Source: a virus
Lineage: Duplodnaviria; Caudoviricetes
IMG/VR virus record: IMGVR_UViG_3300043959_000228
Length of the DNA stretch: 64,000 bases
Strand: one strand, 5' to 3'
Shown here: positions 38,909-49,075 of the stretch, piece after piece
Position numbering within the stretch: the stretch's first letter is position 1
How the letters are laid out: each line of letters begins with the position of its first letter
The notes under the pieces: model-generated
What the model saw: only the letters and a program-made list of their open reading frames with translations
Databases searched by the model: none
Told to the model about the DNA's origin: nothing
Translations under genes and position numbers: made by a program

Positions 38909-39416
38909 GAGAAGCATAGCGTTAACGATCCTTATGATCTTAACGATGATAGCTGTGTCTGGTTGCGGGGCTCATAAGCAAACCTACGATTATGGTTTCT
39001 CGATTTCAGATCAAACCGTTGACGAACAATCTGCTCAAGCACGCAGGGCTGCAGACAAATATCTTATTGTAGATCTTATTCCTTCAGGTAATAATACACA
39101 ATGGACTCCAGCGAAGCGCATTGAGACATCAGATAAGAAGACCATGACTGAATCCGGGTCATTCGTCATTGGTTCTTGTCTTAATGGACCATACACGATA
39201 CAACGATCAACGCGTACATCATCCTGGTCGGGTCAATCACATGTGCAACAGATTGACATCTCGTCAGATATGATGCAACTGCAAATGCAGAACGAGATGT
39301 CGTGTGACCAGAATATCATTGGTCAGCATGATTATTCGATCACTTGGTCGTTGAGTACGAACGATGTAACAGCTATGCAAGTTGACGGGAAGAACTTGAA
39401 GCTAATATCGAAGTAG
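38895..39416 (+). CDS. lipoprotein of unknown function
   Basis: MRMRRR, hydrophobic stretch and lipobox VSG-C. Confidence 0.65.
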   Translation: MRMRRRSIALTILMILTMIAVSGCGAHKQTYDYGFSISDQTVDEQSAQARRAADKYLIVDLIPSGNNTQWTPAKRIETSDKKTMTESGSFVIGSCLNGPYTIQRSTRTSSWSGQSHVQQIDISSDMMQLQMQNEMSCDQNIIGQHDYSITWSLSTNDVTAMQVDGKNLKLISK

Positions 39417-39527
39417 ACACCATATAGATGAAGCATACGAGTTAGATTCATCGTATGTAATTGTTGTGTGATGTCATTGTGTTTTTGATGATATCCTCAT
39501 CATACGTCTACATGATTGGAGGATGGA

Positions 39528-40187
39528 ATGCCTGTTCCACTCACTGAGAGGATTTCTAGGAGCATCATTCAGGATGGTTATTTATTAGAGCCAATAGGTC
39601 ATGATGGCAAGGGTCGATTAATATGGCCCAGGATGGTAGATAATCCTCATTCACACATGTTAGTCATCGCTTCACCGTCAAATCAGCGGCGATTAGATGC
39701 ATCCTTGCATATTATTCATGATCGTTCGACGGTCCCAGTCATGATGATTGATCAGCAATTAAGCGTTATGCAAGCAAGATCGAATCTTAGGAATATCATT
39801 AAATCAATAGATTCTGGTTGCAGTCATCCAATGATGGTTATGATTGTTGGATTAGATGCACTTTTGCATGGTATCAGGAGATCAGAGAATATAGAATCCG
39901 TATATCATGATCTTATTCGCTTAATGACTATTGGCCCAGCGTATGATATCCACGTGGTGATTGGACAGACGATGAACGATCGAGGTGTTCGCCAGTTACG
40001 TCGGTTATCATGTGATTGGGATTGGATTATTAGTGTAGGCAGACTGGATCCTATATCATGTGAAATGGCTTTAGGAGATTTGAGCGTATCGTCGTTGCCT
40101 ATCAGGAATACGAATGTGATTCTTCATGAACGATCTGGTCGTCGTCATTCTTCCATGAGGATTATTATGGACCAGAGAATGATATGA
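39528..40187 (+). CDS. degenerate FtsK/EccC-like domain protein lacking Walker A
   Basis: PIGHDGKG...PHSHMLV, PMMVMIVGLD (Walker B-like), IGPAYDIHVVIGQ; GGAGG RBS. Confidence 0.5.
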   Translation: MPVPLTERISRSIIQDGYLLEPIGHDGKGRLIWPRMVDNPHSHMLVIASPSNQRRLDASLHIIHDRSTVPVMMIDQQLSVMQARSNLRNIIKSIDSGCSHPMMVMIVGLDALLHGIRRSENIESVYHDLIRLMTIGPAYDIHVVIGQTMNDRGVRQLRRLSCDWDWIISVGRLDPISCEMALGDLSVSSLPIRNTNVILHERSGRRHSSMRIIMDQRMI

Positions 40188-40335
40188 TTATTGGTATTAT
40201 GTTCTATATGGACGAGAAGCCACCATAAAAATCATGTAGGCTGATGATCTTGTTTCACTGATTGGATACGAGGATCAATCTCATCAGTAATCAGTCTATA
40301 TTCTTACGGGATCTTCATGAACATTGGATGGTTTT

Positions 40336-41766
40336 ATGGTTACTAGAATTACCTCGGTTATTGATACAAACGTTTTTCTAAGCACTGGAGATGAGGTCTT
40401 CAGTCATCTGAAGAATCGGGATATCGTCATTCCACTCACTGTCTATAAGGAATTAGAGAGATACAGGACGGATCCAGGTGGTCGTGGATATGCCTCTAGG
40501 GCAGTTATTAGAAAACTCGAAGAGCTACGAACGAGTAATCCTGATATTGACATGAGCCAGCGCGGCGTGAAAACCTCAAGCGGCAATACTGTACGAGTCG
40601 AAGTGAATCATACGAATCAAGACGTATTGATAGAGGATCTTCGTGATGAATCTTCAAATGATCATAAGATTCTCGCTGTCGTGAAGAATCTTGAAGAGAA
40701 GGACAAGTTAACTGTCGAATTCATTACTAACGATGCGCCATTACGGTTCATTGCTAGTGTATTCGAGAAGATTAATGCTATTCCATATGAGGATGGTCGT
40801 GCTGAGAAATTCACTGGTGTTATTGATCTTGATTTAGACGCACCAGAATACGCTGACAAGCATTATGAAATTGGCTCTATAGAAGATGAAGAGTATACCG
40901 ATCTTATTCGACCGCTATTCCATAGAACGCCATATCATGCTGTGATTCATGTATCACAGGGTGCGAATGATGATTGGATTATCAAGAACGGTCATACGTA
41001 TTCTGATTTTAATAAAACGACATGGCCGCATGTTGGTCCAGTGTATCCAATGAACGAGGAACAGGGTATGGCTAATACCTGGCTGAACGATGACTCCGTG
41101 TCCATGGTGTCTCTTGGAGGAGTTGCTGGAGCTGGTAAATCGTTACTTGCCCTATCATATGGATTAGATGCTGTTGAGCATGGTAAATACTCTAAAGTGA
41201 CGGTATTCAGATCAATGTATTCTGTCGGCCAGCAGGATCAGGGATTCCTCCCAGGAGCTGCTGACGAGAAGATGCGACCATGGGCACAGGCCGTCTGGGA
41301 TAATGTCAGAAAATATGATAAGTCGAAGAAAGGAAAGAAGTCTAAGGCCGCGTCGAGTAAAGCTGTTCATGCAAAGAGTAGTGACGATTCACGAATGACA
41401 ACCATGCCTGATGGCAGGGTGTTACCCATGATTGAGGCTCAATACGGTGATAAGGTATCAGTTGAGCCAATCACCTATCTTAGAGGACGTACACTTGAGG
41501 ATCAGCTTATTATTGTTGATGATGCTCAGTCGTTAGATCGTTCCATTCTTCTTGATGTCGTATCTCGACTAGGTCGTGGGTCGAAGATTATCTTCACGTT
41601 TGATATGGATCAGCAGGATAATCCATATCTTTCCTCGGGAACGTCTATTGAATCATTGATCAATCGTCTAAAGTCGGAGAAAGTGTTTGCTCATGTCAGC
41701 TTCACGAAGTCTGAACGTTCAGAACTCGCTCAATTAGCTTCAAAACTCCTATCAGAATTGAATTAA
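40336..41766 (+). CDS. PIN-PhoH (PhoH2-type) protein
   Basis: VIDTNVF, ELE, NDHKIL and TNDAPLR PIN motifs; GVAGAGKS, GFLPG, YLRGRT, IVDDAQ, SRLG and RSELA PhoH motifs. Confidence 0.92.
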   Translation: MVTRITSVIDTNVFLSTGDEVFSHLKNRDIVIPLTVYKELERYRTDPGGRGYASRAVIRKLEELRTSNPDIDMSQRGVKTSSGNTVRVEVNHTNQDVLIEDLRDESSNDHKILAVVKNLEEKDKLTVEFITNDAPLRFIASVFEKINAIPYEDGRAEKFTGVIDLDLDAPEYADKHYEIGSIEDEEYTDLIRPLFHRTPYHAVIHVSQGANDDWIIKNGHTYSDFNKTTWPHVGPVYPMNEEQGMANTWLNDDSVSMVSLGGVAGAGKSLLALSYGLDAVEHGKYSKVTVFRSMYSVGQQDQGFLPGAADEKMRPWAQAVWDNVRKYDKSKKGKKSKAASSKAVHAKSSDDSRMTTMPDGRVLPMIEAQYGDKVSVEPITYLRGRTLEDQLIIVDDAQSLDRSILLDVVSRLGRGSKIIFTFDMDQQDNPYLSSGTSIESLINRLKSEKVFAHVSFTKSERSELAQLASKLLSELN

Positions 41767-41776
41767 AACAGTAGTG

Positions 41777-41825
41777 ATCATAATGAGGGCTCCAATCCGT
41801 TGAGGGTTGGAGCCCTCATTATGAT
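41777..41825. terminator. 19-bp inverted repeat terminator
   Basis: ATCATAATGAGGGCTCCAA...TTGGAGCCCTCATTATGAT. Confidence 0.75.
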
Positions 41826-41863
41826 TGTTGGTGATATCTTCATTGTGGTAATACGAGACCTCA

Positions 41864-44800
41864 TTGAAAAATGAGATAGACAGTAGGAAGGTTCTGGTGA
41901 GTATCTTACAATCGTCACAGTATGTCAGACGCGCCTCCACGACACATGGAGCTGGTCGTCTTATTACGGTTAAAAAAGCCGTAGTGATGATTGTCTTATC
42001 ATTATTAGCTCTGTTCTCTGTAGGTGTATCAGCAGTTTCCATGCAAACGGCTAATGCAGCGAATCCTATAACGGATTTCTTCTGCGGTCTAAGTGGCGGA
42101 ATCGGTTTAAATACGCAATATCGAGATTTCGGTGGAGGCATTCTAGACGCCAATCAGAAAACCGATAACACTGCTAAGATGTCGATGCTAGATCTTTACG
42201 GGGATTCGCTGAATTGGACGACTTATAATGGTACGCCAAAGCCAGATAAAATACCCGGTGGCAGTGGTAACATCTTCGGTTTAGACGCTGATGTCTATCA
42301 GGCTGATCAAAATGATACGTTAGTTAAAAGTTCTGAGAAGAGCCACGCTGTTGTAAAGTGTATCACTCAGCCCTTGATTAGCATGATTGCGGGCACTATC
42401 CTTGGAACCGCTAATATGGTTTCATCGATTAGCAGTTATTTTGTGACGAAAGCCGTTGATCCTGATTTCATCTGCCAGGACGCGAATAATAGTGCGGGTG
42501 TTAGCTGCATCAATCTCTTAGCCGTCATCGGAGGAACAGGGGCCGCAGGAAGTGATGGCGGTATCATAGGCCGATTATATTCTGGATTATATCAGGGATT
42601 GATTATTCTGATATGGGCTATTGTTGGTGTATGGGTAGCCTGGACAGGATTAGCGAAGCGAAAATTAACGACAGCGCTGGGTGGCGTATTCGGCGCATTC
42701 ATCATTTTCGGAGCCGGTGTCATAGCTTTGAATAATCCGTTATTGTTAGCACAAGCGCCAATGCGTATAGGAACTACTGTGGGCGGATGTGTCGTGCAAG
42801 GCATCAATGGTGTTAACTGCATGAGTAGTAATTCCTCAGATCCCAATGGCGAACCAAGTACGAATACTGAATGTTATGTAGATGATGCGAAGAGTGTTGA
42901 TGTATCCCGATCATTAAGTCTTGTAGCTAGACAATCAACATGCTCTATTTGGAAGGCTTTCGTTCTCGAGCCGTGGTCTGTAGGCCAATTCGGTGCGTCA
43001 TACGAATCCCTGTATTATCAGCAGGGTGGCACAACCGGACAGATTTTCCAGAACAAGTATACGAAGGATGTCCTCAGTAAGAATTGGGGAGACAGTGGCT
43101 CTGACAGTTCTGCCACGTTAGGTGTATCAATGTATGCATCTGACTCTAATCCAATGAGTACTTGCTCAGCTTCGTCATCGAAGTTCACCTATAAGAATCT
43201 AGCCTTATATCAGTTGAATCTACAATCATCGCTTCATAATTGTAACGGAGCAGTAAACTCTAAGTATCATTCGACGAAACAATTGAATTATCAGAGTGGA
43301 TCTAATACCTATGCTGATTGGTATTGGATGGTTATGACGATGAACGCGACTAACGCTTCTGCCGGTAAGGGAACCGATGACATCAGTTACATGTGGAATA
43401 ATTGGACTGGTGACAATGCCTTTAGTCGTATTGGCGTAGGGTTAATCGCGCTTATTGCATCCGTTTGCGGCGCATTGATTCTGGTGTCAACATCAGTATT
43501 GGCTATCATGTACCTATTCATGAGTGTCCTTCTTATGGCCTTCGCCCCACTATTCTTCCTCATTGGTATTGTTCCTGGTCAAGGAAAGAAGATCTTCCTA
43601 GGATGGCTTGAGAAGGTTGTCTCAGCAATCTTGAAGTATTTTGCTTGTGTTCTTTGGATGATGGTTACCGTTCAATTATACGGCGCAGTTCTTGGTAATT
43701 CCTCTGGACTTGGAGGAACGCTAATTTTCGTGATCATCGTAACATTAGCCATGATGTTCTATAGGAAGGAATTCCTTGGAATGATTGGAAAGGCGAATTT
43801 CGGTGGTGTACAGTTCTCTAATAGAGTTGGAGAGGAAATCAGCAAACGGGCGAAGAAAGTCGGTCAGGTCGCTGCTCTTACAGGAGCAGGTGCTGCCGCA
43901 GGATTCGTTGCTGGTGGTGGTAATGGAGAATCGTACAAGGGTAAGAACTTTGCTGATCGTGTTAAGACATTCGGTCACAATGTTGCTGATCGTAGTGGCG
44001 CTGCTAAGAATTCTGGCGGATTCACGGCTATGCAACAATTGAAGCGTGGTAACGGCATTGTCGCCAATGGTGCTCGCTCGTATGATAAGATTATGACGAA
44101 GCGTCGAGGCGAAACTATCGCTAAGGCGAATGACGCGGCCGGAAAACTACGTAAGACCAGTGACGCCGTTCGATCTAAGAACGCTGAATTAGCTGCTGAT
44201 AGGGACACTAGAGATTTCATTAAGTCTAATCCTAATGCAACGAAGGATCAAATAGCCGCTCATCGTCAATCAGCGTTGAAGGGTTATACTGATAATCTTG
44301 AATCAGCTAAGACATCCACCGCGCAACTTGAAGCGACTAGAGCACAAGATCTCGGTGGAGCGATGATTGGCGCAAATGGACAGACAAAGCTAACAGCAGA
44401 TGGTAAGACATATACCATGACTCATCAGAGAAGAGATGACTTGTCGGATATCGCTTTGAAGGCTTATCAACAGAAAGCCACGCAACAAGCGTCCATCCTA
44501 CAGAAGGGAACGAATGGATACGATATGTCTAACGATCAAATTGGTCGTCAGTTAGGACTTGCTGGATCTGATGGATCGATGAGCACTGATAATGTTCAGG
44601 CTCTTGATGATTATCGTAAGAACTCCGAGCTTATCTCCAGTTATGATGGACGACAATTGTCGAACGAGGATCAGGCAGCCGTGAATCACGCTCGTAGGGA
44701 ATTAAGTATGAACGCCGTCACGCAGGCTCTTAATCAGCAGAATAACGCCTACATTGATCAGCAAGCATCCGCCGCAGGATATGCCGATATTCATAATATC

Positions 44801-45169
44801 AGTGACGTTAACAATGGTATATCAGCCGCTGACACGAGTATATCCGAAGCTGACACGCACTACGCTGAGGGTGTATCAGTCAATCAATCCATATCCGCAG
44901 TTGATGAACTTGATAGGCAAGCCACCATAGCTGAGAAGAATGCCTCTAGAATGAATCGTCGTAGAGATTCTGGATCAGTCCACGCGAAGGATATGAATAA
45001 CATTAACGCGTCATACGATCTTGCTAATAACATCGCGGATTATGGTGGCGGTGGAGCTAGCTTTGATGATCAGGTTATTGTTGATGAAATGGCCAATATT
45101 CGTCAGGGCGGTGGACCAGGGTTCAATAATCGTATAGATCAACATCGATATAATAGGAACAAACCGTAA
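41864..45169 (+). CDS. VirB6/TrbL-like polytopic conjugation membrane protein (paralogue 1)
   Basis: Signal peptide, two TM clusters, CSIWKAFVLEPWSVGQFG, FAPLFFLIGIVPG, long helical cytoplasmic tail; start uncertain. Confidence 0.65.
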   Translation: MKNEIDSRKVLVSILQSSQYVRRASTTHGAGRLITVKKAVVMIVLSLLALFSVGVSAVSMQTANAANPITDFFCGLSGGIGLNTQYRDFGGGILDANQKTDNTAKMSMLDLYGDSLNWTTYNGTPKPDKIPGGSGNIFGLDADVYQADQNDTLVKSSEKSHAVVKCITQPLISMIAGTILGTANMVSSISSYFVTKAVDPDFICQDANNSAGVSCINLLAVIGGTGAAGSDGGIIGRLYSGLYQGLIILIWAIVGVWVAWTGLAKRKLTTALGGVFGAFIIFGAGVIALNNPLLLAQAPMRIGTTVGGCVVQGINGVNCMSSNSSDPNGEPSTNTECYVDDAKSVDVSRSLSLVARQSTCSIWKAFVLEPWSVGQFGASYESLYYQQGGTTGQIFQNKYTKDVLSKNWGDSGSDSSATLGVSMYASDSNPMSTCSASSSKFTYKNLALYQLNLQSSLHNCNGAVNSKYHSTKQLNYQSGSNTYADWYWMVMTMNATNASAGKGTDDISYMWNNWTGDNAFSRIGVGLIALIASVCGALILVSTSVLAIMYLFMSVLLMAFAPLFFLIGIVPGQGKKIFLGWLEKVVSAILKYFACVLWMMVTVQLYGAVLGNSSGLGGTLIFVIIVTLAMMFYRKEFLGMIGKANFGGVQFSNRVGEEISKRAKKVGQVAALTGAGAAAGFVAGGGNGESYKGKNFADRVKTFGHNVADRSGAAKNSGGFTAMQQLKRGNGIVANGARSYDKIMTKRRGETIAKANDAAGKLRKTSDAVRSKNAELAADRDTRDFIKSNPNATKDQIAAHRQSALKGYTDNLESAKTSTAQLEATRAQDLGGAMIGANGQTKLTADGKTYTMTHQRRDDLSDIALKAYQQKATQQASILQKGTNGYDMSNDQIGRQLGLAGSDGSMSTDNVQALDDYRKNSELISSYDGRQLSNEDQAAVNHARRELSMNAVTQALNQQNNAYIDQQASAAGYADIHNISDVNNGISAADTSISEADTHYAEGVSVNQSISAVDELDRQATIAEKNASRMNRRRDSGSVHAKDMNNINASYDLANNIADYGGGGASFDDQVIVDEMANIRQGGGPGFNNRIDQHRYNRNKP

Positions 45170-45225
45170 GGTGCATGATCTGATATCTTAACGATAGATC
45201 AGGAGTATCTAGGAGGATTATCCGT

Positions 45226-45894
45226 ATGCAGAGCGTCAAACGTTTAGATTGCGGCGTGGAGGTCGTGAAAATGACCACGCCAGAGTTCTACGCGTGTATG
45301 AATTATGCTCTTGTCAATGGCAGGACGTATCCTATGGCTATCCTTGGACTTGATACGGATCAAGTTGATGAACATGCCGTCAGCGGATATAACTCTTTAA
45401 TCGCTGACGGAGCCTTTAGAATTGACACTGATGGATATCCTGAATTGATGGACGCCATTCCTACCATATCAAGTCTTGTCATTAGTCTCGATGAGATGAC
45501 CTATCTCACCACCGTTAAAGCTACTGTTAGTAAAAGCAGAATGCAATTCTATTGGCTTCACGGTGAACATACTTGGTCTCTCATGTGGAAGACAAAAACC
45601 GATTGGTATGTCTGCTCAGCATCTAGCGAATACCGACCATCAACGGTCTTTATGGAATTAGTTAAAGTCGTCATGAAGAATTTAGGACACACGTCCATCG
45701 GTTTTCATTTCGTCTGGTGGACGATGAATGGTAACCAATTAATGTCAACAATCATGAGATCTAAACACGATACGATTTTTATCGAACGTCGACCAGAGAA
45801 TCCTATTCTTTCGTCGATGATTGACCGTTGGCCTAATCGTATGAGCGTATCACAGTTCGCGGAGAGAGCTGGTGCACTGCTAGAGGTGATGTGA
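45226..45894 (+). CDS. hypothetical protein
   Basis: 222 aa ORF, AGGAGG RBS. Confidence 0.6.
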   Translation: MQSVKRLDCGVEVVKMTTPEFYACMNYALVNGRTYPMAILGLDTDQVDEHAVSGYNSLIADGAFRIDTDGYPELMDAIPTISSLVISLDEMTYLTTVKATVSKSRMQFYWLHGEHTWSLMWKTKTDWYVCSASSEYRPSTVFMELVKVVMKNLGHTSIGFHFVWWTMNGNQLMSTIMRSKHDTIFIERRPENPILSSMIDRWPNRMSVSQFAERAGALLEVM

Positions 45895-45895
45895 T

Positions 45896-47491
45896 ATGTC
45901 TGACGATCAACAATCACCACATACGTCTAATCCATCATCAAACAGTCATCAGTCAGTACCTCAACATTCTCCAGTCACCGATCCATCTGAATCAAGGGTT
46001 CCATCTGCACAACCAGCAGGTACCAGTACAAGCCCAATGAGCTTCGCTAACAGAATGATTAAGAAAGGTGTTGATGGCGTTCGTAATAAGGCTGTCAATA
46101 CTGCTGATCATGTACTTAATGGCGCAACGAAAGTAGCCGCTAAGACTGTTGACATTGCTAAGACCGTAGCTAATAGAACAAAACAGATCGTTGGATCAAC
46201 AATCAAGTTTATAAAAGCTGTGTTCTTCCCACCAGGATTATGGATTACAGCTACGGCCGTAGGTATTATCATATGCCTGTTGAGTTTGATAACGATTGTA
46301 CAGACATTCGGACCATCAGATATGGATTGCTCTAAGGTAGATCAACAATCGAAGGATATCGAATCTAATGGTGGGGCGTCAAGTTCTAGTGGCGCATCAT
46401 GGGAGCAACAAGGAACAGACTCTTATAACAACGCTAAGAAGACGTGGGATTATTGGGTGGCCAAGGGGTTCTCTGGGGCTGCTGTAGCCGGTATTATCGG
46501 CAATGTGGCTACAGAAAGCGGAAACACGTTCAATCCACAGATCGTACAGGGAGGATCAACATCACCAGATCCAGCATCAACGTCAGCCGGATACGGTATT
46601 TATCAGTTCACTCCTGGCAGTAAATATAAGAATTGGAAGGGATACACATCGTCTACTATTGAGAACGAGAGTGACGCTGTGTGGGATATGGAGGTCAAGG
46701 CTTGGTCAGCTAACGCTTTTGCGCAATTGACAGATGTAGCGGCTGCTACAAAATACTGGATGAGGACATATGAGCGTCCAGCTGATCAGTCTGATGCGGC
46801 CGCCCAACCTCGTATTGACCACGCTAATACGGCCTATCAGCTTTTTAATGGCAGTAGCGTACAGTTTGACTCATCAAAATTCGGCGGTTCGGGATCGTCA
46901 TCATCTGATAGCGGATCTGATGGTGATAGTGCTCAAGCTAATACGACGAAATGTGATGAGAAGGACGCCACTGATAATAATGTTCAGGGCGGAACCACCG
47001 ATGTGAAAGCCTGCGATGTAGGATACTGTGATTTTAGTTGGATGTGCAATGCTATCAAATTATGCGCATCTGGTCAGGCTGGATCAGGCATCTATCCTCA
47101 TCTTGAATATGGCTATCAATGCGTCTTCTATGCTTGGAATAGACTAAGTATGATTCATGGTTCGTCTGGCTGGAATTGGGTCATGGGTGATGGTGGAGAT
47201 ATTTGGGCCAATCTCTCCGGAAACTCAGCATGGGAGGTTGACACCACGCCACATCCAGGTGATGGCATATCTGGTCATGGTCATCCTTTCGCTGGTTCAA
47301 CCCACGTCGCTGTCGTCGAGAAAGTAGCAGCCGACCCCAGTGGATGGAAGATTTATATTTCTGAGGGCAACGCTAATGGTACAGCGTCATGGAATAGTTA
47401 TCATACTCGATGGTTAACAAAGACACAGGCTTTAACATCTGATAATCATTTCTTTAGAAACAAGTCTTGGAAGCCAATCAGCGGTTCATGA
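45896..47491 (+). CDS. VirB1-like cell wall hydrolase (phage tail lysozyme + CHAP)
   Basis: TM anchor; AGIIGNVATES, GYGIYQFT, YERP; YQCVFYAW, HVAVVE, ISEGN. Confidence 0.88.
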   Translation: MSDDQQSPHTSNPSSNSHQSVPQHSPVTDPSESRVPSAQPAGTSTSPMSFANRMIKKGVDGVRNKAVNTADHVLNGATKVAAKTVDIAKTVANRTKQIVGSTIKFIKAVFFPPGLWITATAVGIIICLLSLITIVQTFGPSDMDCSKVDQQSKDIESNGGASSSSGASWEQQGTDSYNNAKKTWDYWVAKGFSGAAVAGIIGNVATESGNTFNPQIVQGGSTSPDPASTSAGYGIYQFTPGSKYKNWKGYTSSTIENESDAVWDMEVKAWSANAFAQLTDVAAATKYWMRTYERPADQSDAAAQPRIDHANTAYQLFNGSSVQFDSSKFGGSGSSSSDSGSDGDSAQANTTKCDEKDATDNNVQGGTTDVKACDVGYCDFSWMCNAIKLCASGQAGSGIYPHLEYGYQCVFYAWNRLSMIHGSSGWNWVMGDGGDIWANLSGNSAWEVDTTPHPGDGISGHGHPFAGSTHVAVVEKVAADPSGWKIYISEGNANGTASWNSYHTRWLTKTQALTSDNHFFRNKSWKPISGS

Positions 47492-47520
47492 AGCTAATCT
47501 ACCTTGGTATAATAAACTTC

Positions 47521-47967
47521 ATGGGTAATAAAGCTAAAAGATTCAAATGGGTGACCATCAAATATCGTAATGGTGAATTAATTCCTGATGACATACCATC
47601 GAAGATCTCCGCCTATTGCGCGCAATGGGGAGCACCATCAGACTTCGTCATTGATAATGCCGTCATGAAGAACATCGAGAGAACGATGCACGAACAAATC
47701 GCTGGAAGAGGATCATATGATTGGAATTCAAGAATAGATCTTGCGAATGATGTGGTTCAATTACCACTTATTGGATTTGATGATCTTGATAAAACACAGC
47801 GATTCGTTCTTGACAAGCAGGGCTTGCTTTTAGCTTCAGACGATGACCAGGACGTATCTATGACATATCATGAGCTACGTGAAGAAATCAAACGCAAGAT
47901 CCTTGATTGGGCTGATATCTCCCTCTTGTATTCAGTAGGAGGCGTGGTTGACGCCATAGCGTTATAG
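47521..47967 (+). CDS. hypothetical protein
   Basis: ATG 47521 lies 7 nt after GGTATAAT. Confidence 0.55.
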   Translation: MGNKAKRFKWVTIKYRNGELIPDDIPSKISAYCAQWGAPSDFVIDNAVMKNIERTMHEQIAGRGSYDWNSRIDLANDVVQLPLIGFDDLDKTQRFVLDKQGLLLASDDDQDVSMTYHELREEIKRKILDWADISLLYSVGGVVDAIAL

Positions 47968-47978
47968 GGGGATCAACC

Positions 47979-48281
47979 GTGAATGATAATGAGGACATCG
48001 TCAAAGAGATAGCTAATAGAACCGGATTACCTAAAACCTTGATTAGAGTGGTTTTACTAGCTTTCACCGATGTCGCCAATGAGACTCTCGCAGAGCGTGG
48101 AAATTTCCGTATTCCAAACATTTTAACTATTAAAACGAGGACACTGCCAGAGCGTAAGGCGAGGGATCCACAGACAGGTTCACTTAGGATGTATCCAAGG
48201 GTCGACACGTTAACAGCTAAGTTTTCATCGCGTTTTCTGAAACATTTTAAGAACAGCCATCGTGGAGGCAGTCATGAATAA
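47979..48281 (+). CDS. HU/IHF-family DNA-binding protein
   Basis: DIVKEIANRTGLPK...ERKARDPQTG...AKFS. Confidence 0.88.
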   Translation: MNDNEDIVKEIANRTGLPKTLIRVVLLAFTDVANETLAERGNFRIPNILTIKTRTLPERKARDPQTGSLRMYPRVDTLTAKFSSRFLKHFKNSHRGGSHE

Positions 48282-48843
48282 ACGTAAAACGAGAGAGCTC
48301 ACGTTTGACAAAGTCCCCTCAGATGTGAAACGAATAGCTGATGAATCAATGGGTCGTAATGCCCTTAAATCGTTATGGTCATCTGTCGTTGATAATAGTC
48401 CCGACGGCCACCCTAAATTCTATCTACTCCTACGAGTCGTTGATGGGATACCAGTAGGATTTGCCTTATTCCACTACGCCATCATCTCAACGCGCCAATT
48501 TGATTATACGATAGGCGTTATTGACGCCGTTTGCGTATCAGCACCATATCGGTCATCTGGTTATGGCGCTATGCTGACATTCAATGTTCTCAGAAGAATG
48601 AGTCTTCATGGAGTGAACAGAATAGAATTAGTCCTGAAGGCTAGTGGCGTTGATGATGACGAACTACCAGCTGAGCCGATTCTAGGATCAGAACGCTTCC
48701 TATATGATCTAGGCTTCAAGAAAATAGCCTATCTGAAAGAGTATTGGCGTGAGGACAGTCTGAATTGCTCCTATGACTGCCCTATCTGTCATGATCGTCC
48801 GGATCGTTGTACTGGCATGCTACTAGCTATTAATGAATATTAG
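48274..48843 (+). CDS. GNAT N-acetyltransferase with Cys-rich C-terminus
   Basis: VCVSAPYRSSGYG motif A, FLYDLGF, CPIC...C; GGAGG RBS. Confidence 0.8.
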   Translation: MNKRKTRELTFDKVPSDVKRIADESMGRNALKSLWSSVVDNSPDGHPKFYLLLRVVDGIPVGFALFHYAIISTRQFDYTIGVIDAVCVSAPYRSSGYGAMLTFNVLRRMSLHGVNRIELVLKASGVDDDELPAEPILGSERFLYDLGFKKIAYLKEYWREDSLNCSYDCPICHDRPDRCTGMLLAINEY

Positions 48844-48854
48844 ACGATATTGCA

Positions 48855-48956
48855 TCTAAGCGCATTAGAAGGGGTTCTAACAGCCGTAATTTCGATAGGT
48901 AAAATTATACCTACTCGTGCTTTGCGGCCGTTAGAGGCTTATTAGAACGCCTTAGA
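48855..48956. other. ~100-nt imperfect hairpin (candidate single-strand origin or ssDNA signal)
   Basis: Nested arms TCTAAG/CTTAGA, TCTAACAGCCGTAA/TTGCGGCCGTTAGA and CGATAGGTA/TACCTACTCG around loop AAATTA. Confidence 0.55.
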
Positions 48957-49075
48957 CGGTTGTTATAGACATGTTGGTGGCGTTATATACGAGTAAACGA
49001 TCATTAATCGGGACATATCATCATCTTATTGATATCTACACTATATAACGATGTCAACAATAAGAGGTAGATACC

